Shown: in pieces, positions 41,500 to 51,467 of the stretch
Position numbering within the stretch: the first letter of the stretch is position 1
How the letters are laid out: each line of letters starts with the position of its first letter
Assembly: GCA_965218585.1 (NCBI GenBank)
Contig: CBDCLE010000004.1
Location: 1-64,000, forward strand
Reading direction: 5' to 3'
Length of the DNA stretch: 64,000 bases
Origin: Terriglobia bacterium
GTDB lineage: Bacteria; Acidobacteriota; Terriglobia; 20CM-2-55-15
Translations under genes and position numbers: made by a program
Notes under the pieces: generated by a model
Database searches by the model: none
The model's input: only the letters and a program-made list of their open reading frames with translations
Told to the model about the DNA's origin: nothing

Positions 41500-41964
41500 A
41501 TGAAAGAAGCACATCAGCGAGTAGAACGACTGGATCGCATCCTGAAAGTGCGGCAGATCGCCGTCGACGAAGCCGAGCAGCGGGTCCGTACGTGCGAATT
41601 TCAGATGCAGCGTCTCCAGACACGGTGTGATGAGGAACAAGGCAAAATCCGCCAGACGATGGAAGAATTTGCCCAGGCCCAGGGCATGACCGGGCTCGGT
41701 CTGCAACGCTCAGAAAAGGCCATAGAGACCGGCCGAATTTACCTCGCCAGGATCCTCCAAGATATTGAAAAATTAGGGGCTAAGCTGGAAGAGTATCAGG
41801 ACCAGTGGAGGGAGGCCAGGCGGGAGTATAAGACCGTCGAAAAGCTTCGGGAACACCAATTGCATAAAGTGTCGCGTGAGGAAGCCGTCCAGATGCAGAA
41901 GATGACCGACGAAGCATCCGTTATGAGACACGCAAGAAACACTGAGAACCAGTTCAGAAGCTAA
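41500..41964 (+). CDS. fliJ: Flagellar export chaperone FliJ
   Basis: Coiled coil, RILKVR..EKLRE..QK.TDE; position after fliI. Confidence 0.8.
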   Translation: MKEAHQRVERLDRILKVRQIAVDEAEQRVRTCEFQMQRLQTRCDEEQGKIRQTMEEFAQAQGMTGLGLQRSEKAIETGRIYLARILQDIEKLGAKLEEYQDQWREARREYKTVEKLREHQLHKVSREEAVQMQKMTDEASVMRHARNTENQFRS

Positions 41965-41966
41965 TC

Positions 41967-43170
41967 ATGGCAGACATCAGCCAATTCAACATCCCGTTGC
42001 CAGTCGAAGCCGATTCGACGGTTTCGCTCCCAGAGAGCCCGAAGTCGGATTCAGACGGCGCTCTGTTTGAGGACCTGTTGGTCGAGGCGGGAGCGGAAGC
42101 AACGGCTGCTTCTACTAGTACGGAAGCAACACCGACGGTTTCTGGTGAACATGTTTCTGAAACGGAACGTCAACTGGCTCCCACCGCTGCATTCACAACG
42201 ACAGTGGTCCCAGGTGTCGAGGGGACTCCAGAGGTTCTTCTGGAAACGCTCCGCAACCAGAACTCGGCTGCCGGATCTCTTACGGTTGATAACCTGGCTG
42301 GCAATCTGGCGCACAACGAGTTGTCCGAAGAGGTTGTCTCTCAGCTGCTCGCGCGTTCGACTACTGATTCTCAGGCGATCGAGCAGGCAGTTTTTGCCGA
42401 GTTCGCGAAGACTGCCGTTGGAGAGGCGGTTTCCAAGTCTGAAGTTCCGGTCGGTGCACCGGTCAACACCGTCGCACTGCGGGCCGACACGGTTGTCGAT
42501 CCTACGCCTTCAGGCAACGTCGAGCCTTCTGCGGTGGCGCGAAGTGCGAATGTGGGATTGGTGGAGCAACCTGCAGTAGCGACCGCTGGAGATCCCGAAC
42601 AGGTTCTGGTTCGAACGAATCCGGACTCTGTCCAGGTAAACCGAGAGGCCGGAAACTCGAGAACGGCTGAATTCGTTCCGACAACTGGATCCGCGACGGC
42701 TCCGGCAGTTGCCCTCACCGGTACGTTGAATCCGTTGGTCCAGCCTGGTGACGGAAAATCGCTCAAGTCGCTGGATCTGGAAACCTTGGGAGTCACTCGG
42801 ATCGAGATCACGGCCGAACACGCCGGGTCCAACCAGACCCCCGCAGGGCAGGTGAAAGTCATGGCTCCTGAAGCCGTCTCACAGCCCGCTCCGAGACCCG
42901 AACCGACGCTTGCGATGCTGGGTCTTCGGTCCAGTGCCGAAGTTTTGGCCAACGTGTCGACCGGTCCCCTCACTCAAGGTCAGACCACCGGCAATGAGAC
43001 TGTGCCCGTTCCTGACAGTGTCGATAGCGCCACCCTAGCTTCGCAGTCGAGCCGACCCGAAGTGACGACGGTTTCCGGTGCCGGTCTCGAAGCGCAGGTC
43101 ACCTCACAGTACGTTCTGAAAGAGGGAACCACCGGTCGCCGAATCGCGGCGGATTCGAAAGTCGTAGTGC
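41967..43170 (+). pseudogene. fliK: 5' part of probable hook-length control protein FliK, cut by the group II intron
   Basis: Low-complexity A/S/T/P/V/E ORF after fliJ (F..LL near the N-terminus); C-terminal domain not in the window. Confidence 0.65.
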
Positions 43171-45319
43171 GTGCCTGGCAGCACGCGTTTCCGGCGGGTT
43201 AAAGTCCCGCTCGGCCCGAGGCCACGGGTCGATATCCAATAAGTGGGGGTAATGCCTCACTGGCCGAAGTGTAGGCGGGTATGCAAATGCCTAAACGGGC
43301 ACGAAGGCGAAAGCCGGATACGGCCAAGACAGAGCTGGATCCACCTACGGAAACTTTGGAGGGCAGGGCGCCCACCGCGAGGTGGGGTCTGAAGGGCATG
43401 AGGAGAACCACCGGGTCGTAATCGACGGGAGCGATCCCGAGGATGAACCGGTCGGCCAAAGATGGGGAATGGTCGAGCCCGCACTATGGGGGCGAAGGCA
43501 CATTGGTTCCCCCCCATCGCACCAAGGTGTGTGCGGGCGACACGGTGGAGAAGAGACACGAGTGACCCAGGGAGGCCTGGTATTGTCCGGGCGGAAGGTA
43601 AGGTCGAGATGGTGTGGCACCCGCAGACGAAAGGGCGGGCAACGGAGAAGACAAACATCGACCTAGAGCCCCGCAAGGTAGGTGCGGATATAAGCGAGAG
43701 CGAAGTTCCGGCCGACGCGGTGCCAGGAATCGGATCAGGGAATAGTACTCAGGAACGAGACACCGAACATAAGATCTCGGATCGTTGCTTCAAGCAGCGG
43801 CGCTGGCGGGTTCAAAAGGCCCGTTGGAGGGGGAAGTCCCTGTACTCAGTTGTGATTGTGCGAGCGAGGGAAAGGCGGAGGTATCGTGACCTTGGACAGT
43901 TCCCTTAGTGAAAGACCCAAACGCGATTCGGACGAAGCCGCCGCCCGTCACCACACAGCGACATTGGAAAGCAAACAGGGAAAGAAGCGAAAGGTCCACT
44001 CGCTGATCGACAAGGTGTTTAGTCGCAAGAATCTGGAGTTGGCCTGGGAGAAGGTGAAGCGGAACCGAGGTAGTGCGGGCATCGACAAGGTGACCGTTGA
44101 GCAGTTTGAAACGCGCAAGGAGGAATATCTGGCCTTGTTGCATCAAAGACTGCGAGATGGCAGTTATCGCCCCAAGCCGGTTAAGCGAGTCGAGATCGGG
44201 AAGTCCGACGGAGGAGTGCGAAAGCTGGGGATACCGGCCGTGATGGATCGGGTATGTCAGCAGGCACTGGTCCAGCGGATGGAACCGATCTTCGAGCCGC
44301 TGTTTCTGGACTGCTCATTCGGGTATCGCAAGGGGCGTTCGCCTCACGATGCGATGCGGAAAGTATGGGTAGAGCTGGGCGAGGGAGACCTATGGGTAGT
44401 TGATGCCGACTTGCGGCAGTTCTTCGACACGATTGACCAGGAGAAGCTCCTCGACTTAATTGCCGAAGAGATCAGCGACGGCCGAGTACTGGGACTGATC
44501 CGGGTCATCCTGGGTTCGGGGGTGTTGGACGGAGGTTGCTGGCAACCCACGCGGACGGGAGTTCCCCAAGGGGGAGTGGCCAGTCCGTTGTGGTCAAACA
44601 TCTTTCTGACGCCGTTTGACCGTGAGATGACCCGACAAGGTTACAGACTCACACGCTGGGCGGACGACTTCGTGGTGGTCTGCAGGACACCGTCGGAAGC
44701 CCGGCAGGCACTCGCATGTGCAGAGCGGTTTCTCTGGGAGGCACTTGGAGTTCGGCTCCATCCGAAGAAGACGCGGATTGTACACGTCCGACAGGGCTTC
44801 GAGTTCTTGGGGTACAAGGTGAAGCAAGGGAAAGGCCTGCGCCTGTCCGATACACAGAGGCAGGGTCGCGGAATGCATCCCTATAACCTGTACGCCATTC
44901 CACGGGAAAAGTCGGTGGAGAGGTTCCGGACGCAAATCCGACACCTCTCGCGCCGAAAGGCTCCCCTCACGCTGGGCGAAGTCATCGACCAGCTCAACCC
45001 AGTGATTCGTGGTTGGGGGAACTACTACCGCAAAGCGCGGGTGCGCCGACTCTTTAACCAGTTGGACCGTTGGATCGAGCGCCGTATCCACTCGTTTCTC
45101 GCGAAACGGTGGCGCAATACGATGTGGCGCCGCTATCCGGCACGACGACTGATTCGGGAGTTTGGTTTGGTCCGACTGACGCATCTGATCCCCGGTCTTG
45201 TGGACCGGTGACTTCGAGCGAGGAGCAACTGAGGAAAGCGGCTTGCGGGAAAACTGCACGAGCCGTTTGATTGAGCGGACGGTGGAAGGGCGGCTCTGCC
45301 CGACCACTTTCGACTCTAC
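43171..45319 (+). mobile_element. Group II intron (5' end at 43171, or possibly 43167)
   Basis: GTGC start with GGGTTAAAGTCCC; RT ORF; domain V AAAGCGGCTTGCGGGAAAACTGCACGAGCCGTTT; domain VI ending CGACTCTAC. Confidence 0.9.
43886..45211 (+). CDS. ltrA: Group II intron reverse transcriptase/maturase lacking an endonuclease domain
   Basis: AGIDK, RKLGIP..DRV.Q, SFGYR, PQGG..SP, RWADD, FLGY, LNPVIRGWGNYY; GTG start after GGAGG. Confidence 0.95.
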   Translation: MTLDSSLSERPKRDSDEAAARHHTATLESKQGKKRKVHSLIDKVFSRKNLELAWEKVKRNRGSAGIDKVTVEQFETRKEEYLALLHQRLRDGSYRPKPVKRVEIGKSDGGVRKLGIPAVMDRVCQQALVQRMEPIFEPLFLDCSFGYRKGRSPHDAMRKVWVELGEGDLWVVDADLRQFFDTIDQEKLLDLIAEEISDGRVLGLIRVILGSGVLDGGCWQPTRTGVPQGGVASPLWSNIFLTPFDREMTRQGYRLTRWADDFVVVCRTPSEARQALACAERFLWEALGVRLHPKKTRIVHVRQGFEFLGYKVKQGKGLRLSDTQRQGRGMHPYNLYAIPREKSVERFRTQIRHLSRRKAPLTLGEVIDQLNPVIRGWGNYYRKARVRRLFNQLDRWIERRIHSFLAKRWRNTMWRRYPARRLIREFGLVRLTHLIPGLVDR

Positions 45320-46043
45320 AGCGATGTGGATTCTTACGGGGATCAACGTAGCTGGTGTGAAGACTGCGGCAACTGTAAACCTAGTCTTGACCTTTCTGAA
45401 GTTGCTCCCACTCTTGGCTGTTGGCGCAGCTGGACTAGTGCTGGGCGATATAGCGTCGATCCCGACTCCGAGTCCTGAGGGAGAGCCCTTCCTGCTGTTC
45501 TTCGGGGGATTGTTCGTCCTGACGATGGGAGCTTTTGTAGGCTTAGAGGCAGGTACTATTCCAGCCGACGATGTAGTCGCTCCCGATCGAACTATTCCGC
45601 TCGCGCTTGCGACGGGTACCCTGGTCATTGCCGCAATCAACATTATTGCCACGGCGGGAGTCATGGCATTGGTCCCGAGTGAGGAGTTAGCCCAATCGGC
45701 ATCACCCTTCTCCGCCGCGGCCTTGTCCGTGTTTGGACCCTGGGGATCCCAAGCCGTAGCGGTGGGAGCAATCATTTCGATCGTTGGTGTGCTTAATGCG
45801 ACGATTCTATTGACTGGCCAAATGCCAAGAGCTGCGGCTCTCGACGGACTGTTTCCCGCGAAGTTTACAGCCCTAAACAGCCAAGGTGCTCCAGCTTTTG
45901 CGCTGATCGCTTCGACAGCCCTCGCCACCATACTAGTCGGCATGAATTATACAAATGGCATTGTCGCTGCGTACGAGACCATGTTCTTACTGACGATTCT
46001 GACGGCTATTGTCGTTTACGTAGCATCGGCCGCAGCGGATCTA

Positions 46044-46857
46044 GGGTGTGTTAACACTAACGTAGTGCCTCGACGATGAGTGCGAAGTGAAGGAAGGCGA
46101 GGAACATGACGTCGAGTTTATCGAAATGGGAGAAGATACGCCGAAAACCCTTGAGTCGGCGGAAGAGCCTCTCGACTTCGTTCCTGCGGCGGTAGAGCAC
46201 GCGGTCGTATTCCCACGGCTCCAGGCGGTTGCGCTTGGGCGGCACGACGGGAATCCACCCAAAATCCAGAGCCAATTGGCGGGTCTGGTCGTCCTGGTAG
46301 GCACGGTCCATCAGCAGCGGCAGCGGCGCGGGCAACGGCCCCAGGCCGGCGAGCAGATCGCGGCCCTGCGGGGCGTCGTGCGCTTGGCCGGGCGAGAGCG
46401 CAAACGTTATCGCCGTTCGAGCATTCGCGGCAACCAGATGAATCTTGGTGGTCCATCCACCGCGGGATTTGCCGATCGCTTGCGGACCGTTTTTTTTAAC
46501 GCTCCCGTGCCGTCGGGATGCACCTTCACAATGGTCGAGTCCATCGAAACGGCTTCCACCCGGATGCGCACCAGTTGCTCGCGCTGGAGTTTTTCGAAGA
46601 CGGCGTCGAGCACCCCGTTCTTGGACCAGCGGTTCATCCGGGTGTAGATGGTGTGCCAGTTGCCAAAGCGCTTGGGCAGACCGCGCCACTTGCAGCCCTG
46701 CTCAGCCACATACAAAATGGCGTTCAAGACCGTCAGGTTCGAAAGACTGACGTTGCCCCGCTGACGCGGCAGTTCCGGCTCGATGCGACAATACTGCTCC
46801 TGTGTGATCTCCATGCCTGATTATAAAACATTCATGCTCATTAGTGTTAACACGCCC
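46044..46857 (-). mobile_element. IS5-family element, copy 5
   Basis: 814 bp; TIRs; inserted at CTAG (right duplicate reads CA). Confidence 0.95.
46057..46814 (-). CDS. IS5-family transposase (frameshifted OrfAB)
   Basis: One R>H change relative to copies 2 and 3. Confidence 0.92.
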
Positions 46858-47170
46858 CAGTAATACAGTATCGGGATGTCACTAGCGGAAAGCCTGTACG
46901 ATGGCAGTCGATCCTGGTTGCAGTCGTGGCGCTGACCGTTTCCATCTTAGCCGTCGTGGGTTCAGGACTTGAAATCATGGGCTATACGCTGACCTTGTTA
47001 GCTGCCGGCTTGCCACTTTATCTATGGCTGAAAAGGAGCGCCCCGCCTCAAAGGAAGTCAAGAATTGGCTGAAATACTGGGGTTTCTCAACGTCCGACAA
47101 GATCGTTTGCGAGGACTTGACCCTTTTCTTGCGAATAACTCCCACCTGTAGTTATATTTAGCCAGATTTT

Positions 47171-47195
47171 CTGTAGGCGCGGTCTATGACCGCAC
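47171..47195 (+). repeat. Single GTAG-family REP
   Basis: CTGTAGGCGCGGTC-TAT-GACCGCAC, homologous to the arms at 30001. Confidence 0.7.
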
Positions 47196-47390
47196 AACAC
47201 TTCAAGATCATGGAATCTGGCACCAGACTCGGCCATTACGAGATCTCAGGTGTGGCGTGCGAGAGACACGAAACTCGGTCGTGAAGTTGCTATTAAGACC
47301 CTATCGGAAAAGTTTGCTGAAGATTCGGATCGATTAGCGCAGTTTGAACGTGAAGCTCAACTCGCTCGTCTACCTACCGAACGCAAGCCG

Positions 47391-47582
47391 TTACGACCCG
47401 CTCAACTCGCGCTGCAGATCCTTGATTCCTTGCCAGGTCAACTGATCATTATCCAGTAGTTCCAGCATTTGTATTTTGGTGAGAATGAATCCACTGGCAT
47501 CAATACGCGAGTCGTCTAGGACATTTACCTCGAGTCCTTCCTCTTGGAGCTGAGCGATGGCCCTGTTGAGTCGCTCGTTCAT
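47391..47582 (-). CDS. Small hypothetical protein
   Basis: 63-aa ORF with natural-looking composition lying inside the kinase remnant. Confidence 0.45.
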   Translation of the reverse strand: MNERLNRAIAQLQEEGLEVNVLDDSRIDASGFILTKIQMLELLDNDQLTWQGIKDLQRELSGS

Positions 47583-47621
47583 AGCTTCAGATTATATAGG
47601 ACTTAAAGCTCCCGGTGAAAG

Positions 47622-48986
47622 GAGGTCGTTCCAATCGGTGTGTAAAAAGAGAAGGCGGTGTACGCTTTCGGTGAATTCGAAACCGTAAGCAATCCCGGCA
47701 GCAATCGGGAGAAAGGTACACCACCCATGAAGAAGAAGAACATACCGGCATCAGTGGCGTCAACGAACGCGTATGAAGGTTTGGAGGACTGGGCGCGATC
47801 CCGGGTCCAAGTCTGGCTACAGGAGCTGCTCGAGGACGAAGTCACTCAATTTCTGGGTCGGGAAAAGTCGGAGCGGAGTCCGAATCGACGAGGATACCGG
47901 AACGGTCACGGGAAGCCGCGACGCTTCGCAATGATGAACGGTACGATGGAGGTTCGACGACCTCGGGTTCGAAACACCGCCGAGCGGTTCGAGAGTCAGA
48001 TCCTGCCGTATTTTCGACGGAAATCGAAACAGCTGGGCGAGCTACTTCCCGATCTCTACCTCCACGGTCTGGCCACAGGGGACTTCGAGCAGGCCATGCG
48101 CGGACTGCTTGGCGCTGGCGCTCCGTTGTCGCGAGCATCGATCCAACGACTGAAATCGACCTGGCAGTTGGAGTATGACGAGTGGGTCCAGCAGGACCTG
48201 TCCGGCCTCGAGGTCGTGTACCAGTGGGCAGACGGCTTGTACGTGAAAGCGGGGATCGCGAAAGAGCGAGCGGCATTGCTGGTGATCATCGGAGCCTTGC
48301 CAGACGGGCGCAAAGTGGTGTTGGCCTGTGAGAGCGGGCAGCGGGAAAGCAAGGAGTCCTGGAGCCGCATTCTGCGCAATCTCCAGAGACGGGGCCTGAA
48401 GCTGGGACGGCTGACTGTCGCGGACGGTCACCTGGGCATCTGGTCCGCGCTGGCCGAGCAACAGCCCCAGGGCCAGGAACAACGCTGCTGGAACCACAAG
48501 TCGATCAACGTGGTCGATCATCTGCCGAAGACCGAGCAGCCCGCGGCCAGACAGCTGCTCCATGGGATGGCCTTCGCGAACTCCCGCGCGGCCTGCGAAC
48601 GAAAGCGGGATCAGTTCGTCCGCCGATATGAGAAGAACTATCCCAAAGCGGGTGAGACGCTGTTGCGGGACTGGGACCGGATGATCACTTTCTATGAGTT
48701 CCCGAAACAACACTGGGTGCATCTGAGAACAACCAACATCGTCGAATCGCCCTTCGACATGGTTCGCCTCCGCACCAACGCCGCTCGCCGATTCAAGCGT
48801 GTCGAGAATGCAACGGCAATGATCTGGAAGCTACTACGTGTCGCTGAGAAGGCTTGGCGACACTTAAAAGGATCCGAACTCTTACAAGAGGTCTATGATG
48901 GTCAGCAATTCGCTGACGGCATCAGAGTCGTGATGAAATCGAAGGCCGCCGCCTGATGACTTTTACACACCTTTTGTAATGACCTC
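47622..48986 (+). mobile_element. IS256-family insertion sequence
   Basis: Imperfect TIRs GAGGTC...GGTGTGTAAAA / TTTTACACACC...GACCTC; 8-bp target duplication GGTGAAAG. Confidence 0.93.
47727..48956 (+). CDS. IS256-family transposase
   Basis: GYRNG, PR.R, WADG, ADG..G, QRCWNH, RTTN.VES. Confidence 0.95.
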   Translation: MKKKNIPASVASTNAYEGLEDWARSRVQVWLQELLEDEVTQFLGREKSERSPNRRGYRNGHGKPRRFAMMNGTMEVRRPRVRNTAERFESQILPYFRRKSKQLGELLPDLYLHGLATGDFEQAMRGLLGAGAPLSRASIQRLKSTWQLEYDEWVQQDLSGLEVVYQWADGLYVKAGIAKERAALLVIIGALPDGRKVVLACESGQRESKESWSRILRNLQRRGLKLGRLTVADGHLGIWSALAEQQPQGQEQRCWNHKSINVVDHLPKTEQPAARQLLHGMAFANSRAACERKRDQFVRRYEKNYPKAGETLLRDWDRMITFYEFPKQHWVHLRTTNIVESPFDMVRLRTNAARRFKRVENATAMIWKLLRVAEKAWRHLKGSELLQEVYDGQQFADGIRVVMKSKAAA

Positions 48987-49144
48987 GGTGAAAGGCTCAC
49001 GTTGTCTATAATAGGAATGTCTCTCACGCACTACCTCGTCATGGAGCATGTAGAAGGAGAGACGCTCCAGCAATGCCTGAACCGTGCCTTTAGGAGCCAT
49101 CGATTGTTTTTTCCTGGGTGTCCGATCCCTTAAACCGTGTGCTT

Positions 49145-49402
49145 ATGCAATTTTCCCGATTCCCCAAATCGACTGAGAAGCGGTGGTACTTGGGTGTGCT
49201 CTGCGCAAGATGCCGCTCACCGATCCTGTTCGGCCTGGATCGAACCGAAGGACGCGGACCGTTCGAGCCGCCGACGAAACTGCTTCTCACATGCAGCGAA
49301 GCTGAATGTGGTCACCAGGCGGACTATAGTGCCGCGAAGGTGTTCCCATACGAGAGGGACCAAAGACAAAGCGGTGGGACTAGCCCGACCGCTTTGAAAT
49401 GA
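49145..49402 (+). CDS. Small putative zinc-ribbon protein
   Basis: CARC...C(X4)CGH cysteine pairs. Confidence 0.55.
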   Translation: MQFSRFPKSTEKRWYLGVLCARCRSPILFGLDRTEGRGPFEPPTKLLLTCSEAECGHQADYSAAKVFPYERDQRQSGGTSPTALK

Positions 49403-49417
49403 TCCACTGTCCGACCG

Positions 49418-50192
49418 CTAAAGACCATATTGCTGTTTGACGCCGGCGATGAAGGTCTCGTCGTTGCCGGACTCTCGACTTTCGATCATGCGCTTCGCAT
49501 CTTCACCGGCGGTGTAGCGGAGCTGCGAGGTGCCATCCGTGGCAGCGCGATAGATGACCTCGGAGACCACGCGAGCGTCAGAGGCCGACTCGGCAGACGA
49601 GCCCACGGCCGCGTAGAGATGACCGACAAGTCCCTGGTACTCTTCGAGCGCCTCGTCGTTGCTGAAATCGATAGACTGACCAAATTTGGTATCGATTACG
49701 CCTGGCTCGACCAGCTTTACCTTGACCCCAATCGGCCCCATCTCAAAGCTCAACGCTTCGGAGAAACCTTCGACCGCGAATTTCGTTCCGTGGTACAGGC
49801 TGAGAAGGGGAAAGGTAACTTTGCCGCCGACAGACGAGACGTTGATAATGGTGCCACCTCGGTTGGCTCGAAAATGCGGAATAACCGCCTTGGTCGTTTC
49901 GAGCAGACCAATGACATTGACGTCGAACTGACGCCGAATCTTCTCCATCGATGTGGCCTCGAGGACTCCGCCGGCCCCGTAGCCGGCATTATTCAGTAGC
50001 ACGTCAATCTTTCCAAAGGTCTCGATACCCAGGTGCACGGCTTGGGCGATCGAGTCCGCATCTTGAACGTCGAGTCGGGTTACGAGCACGTTGTCGAGCC
50101 GAGACAGCTCCATCTCCTTTTCTGGCGTTCGCATGGTCGCAACAACGTTCCAGCCCTTTTCTTGGAAGTATTGCGCCGTTGCCTTGCCGATT
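49418..50192 (-). pseudogene. SDR oxidoreductase lacking the start of its Rossmann motif
   Basis: IGKATA..GWNVVATMR, NNAGYG and YHGTK are intact; in-frame TGA just upstream, with TGxxx and the start codon absent. Confidence 0.82.
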
Positions 50193-50326
50193 GCGGACTG
50201 GCGACAAAATCACGGTGAGGGTCCGGCCTTTACGCAGCGGTTTCGCCGGTGGTAATTACAGTAATCCTCGTTGGGAAGACGGTACTCCTATTGATCCAAG
50301 GGCTAACGACTAGGCGGGTGATACGC

Positions 50327-51199
50327 ATGTCGACACTAAAAAATTACAGAACCGAGAAAATAGGCAAGCTCATGACTGTGATGATCTTCACGATAGTGGC
50401 GTCTATCTTGGGATCGCCAAGCGAAGCACAGCAGGAAAGCGCGTCCAACACGGCTGTTTCCACCGCGTACCCTGACTGGAGTGGACAATGGGAACGCATA
50501 GGTAGTCTGAACTGGCCCCCGGAAGGATACCGAGAATCGGGTCCGGCACCCTTGACCGAGGAATACCAGGCGATCTATGAGGAGACCCAGGCGCTGCGCA
50601 GGAGTGGCGTTCTGGCCGGTGATCCCCCTGCGACCTGCCTCCCGCCAGGAATGCCCAGGGTCATGAAAATGAGTTTTCCGATGGAGATCATTGTGACTCC
50701 TGGCATTAGCTACATCCTTGCTGACTGGGAGAGTCAGATACGTCGCATTTACACGGATGGACGAGACTGGCCCGAATATATCCTGCCGGAGTTCAACGGG
50801 TATTCCATTGGCGAGTGGCACGATGAAGATAACGATGGTGTCTATGACATGCTTTCAATCGAAACGCGTGGCATTAAAGGACCACGTTCCATTGATTCCA
50901 CGGGCGTGGTTCTGCACGAAAACGACCAGACGGTTGTGCTGGAAGAAATTCGTCGCGTTGATGAGAACACGATGGAAGACAGAATTACCACCATCGACGA
51001 TGCGTTTACCGGTCCATGGACGATCAATCAACGGTATAACCATGTCACCGAAGACATCGTCTGGGTGGAATACGTCTGTGCCGAAGGCAATCGCCATATA
51101 AAGCTCGGTGACGAATGGTATTTCCTGAACGAGGTCGAAGGAATTCTTGAACCAACCCGCGAAGGACAACCGCGGCTGGTTCCCCAAGCTCAGAATTAA
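50327..51199 (+). CDS. Secreted hypothetical protein, 'PDWSG.W' family
   Basis: YPDWSGQW, CLPPGMPR, RRIYTDGR, GYSIGEW, EYVCAEGN. Confidence 0.82.
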   Translation: MSTLKNYRTEKIGKLMTVMIFTIVASILGSPSEAQQESASNTAVSTAYPDWSGQWERIGSLNWPPEGYRESGPAPLTEEYQAIYEETQALRRSGVLAGDPPATCLPPGMPRVMKMSFPMEIIVTPGISYILADWESQIRRIYTDGRDWPEYILPEFNGYSIGEWHDEDNDGVYDMLSIETRGIKGPRSIDSTGVVLHENDQTVVLEEIRRVDENTMEDRITTIDDAFTGPWTINQRYNHVTEDIVWVEYVCAEGNRHIKLGDEWYFLNEVEGILEPTREGQPRLVPQAQN

Positions 51200-51467
51200 T
51201 AAAGTGACGGCGTTCTCATGTCCTCGGAAATCCCCTTGTCGGACGTTGAGGATTCGTTGCCGAGTTGAGGGACCTCCCCGTAGGCGGCTCCCAAATATCT
51301 CAGTCCTTCGTTGCGCCCCCCTAAGCAGTTCTCCATGATGACGGTATGGAACTTCCCAACCTCGACCGAATAATCGCCCCACGACAGCCCAAGGTGAATG
51401 TCGCAACCGGTCGCTGGCCGTTTTCCGACAAGAATGACAGCTTGCAGCACATCTCCGAGCGAGTCTC

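Larger units (their letters stand above)
45320..47072 (+). pseudogene. APC-family amino acid permease, 5' part missing and interrupted by IS copy 5
   Basis: WILT.IN..GVK, AFVGLE, P.RTIP, A.DGLFP. Removing the IS restores the frame AADLVIQY...AGLPLY to a stop at 47072. Confidence 0.88.
47210..49090 (+). pseudogene. Fragmented Ser/Thr protein kinase
   Basis: MESGTRLGHYEI (Gly-loop deleted), VWRARDTKLGREVAIK..RL.QFEREA, and HYLVMEHVEGETL after the IS256. Confidence 0.8.

Noticed and set aside
43886-45211. RT as a DGR, retron or defence RT
   Set aside because: Domain X and ribozyme domains V/VI identify a group II intron; no TR/VR pair or accessory gene was seen.
45198-46079. 293-aa ORF as an intact permease
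   Set aside because: Its N-terminus is read from intron domains V/VI and its C-terminus from the IS end.
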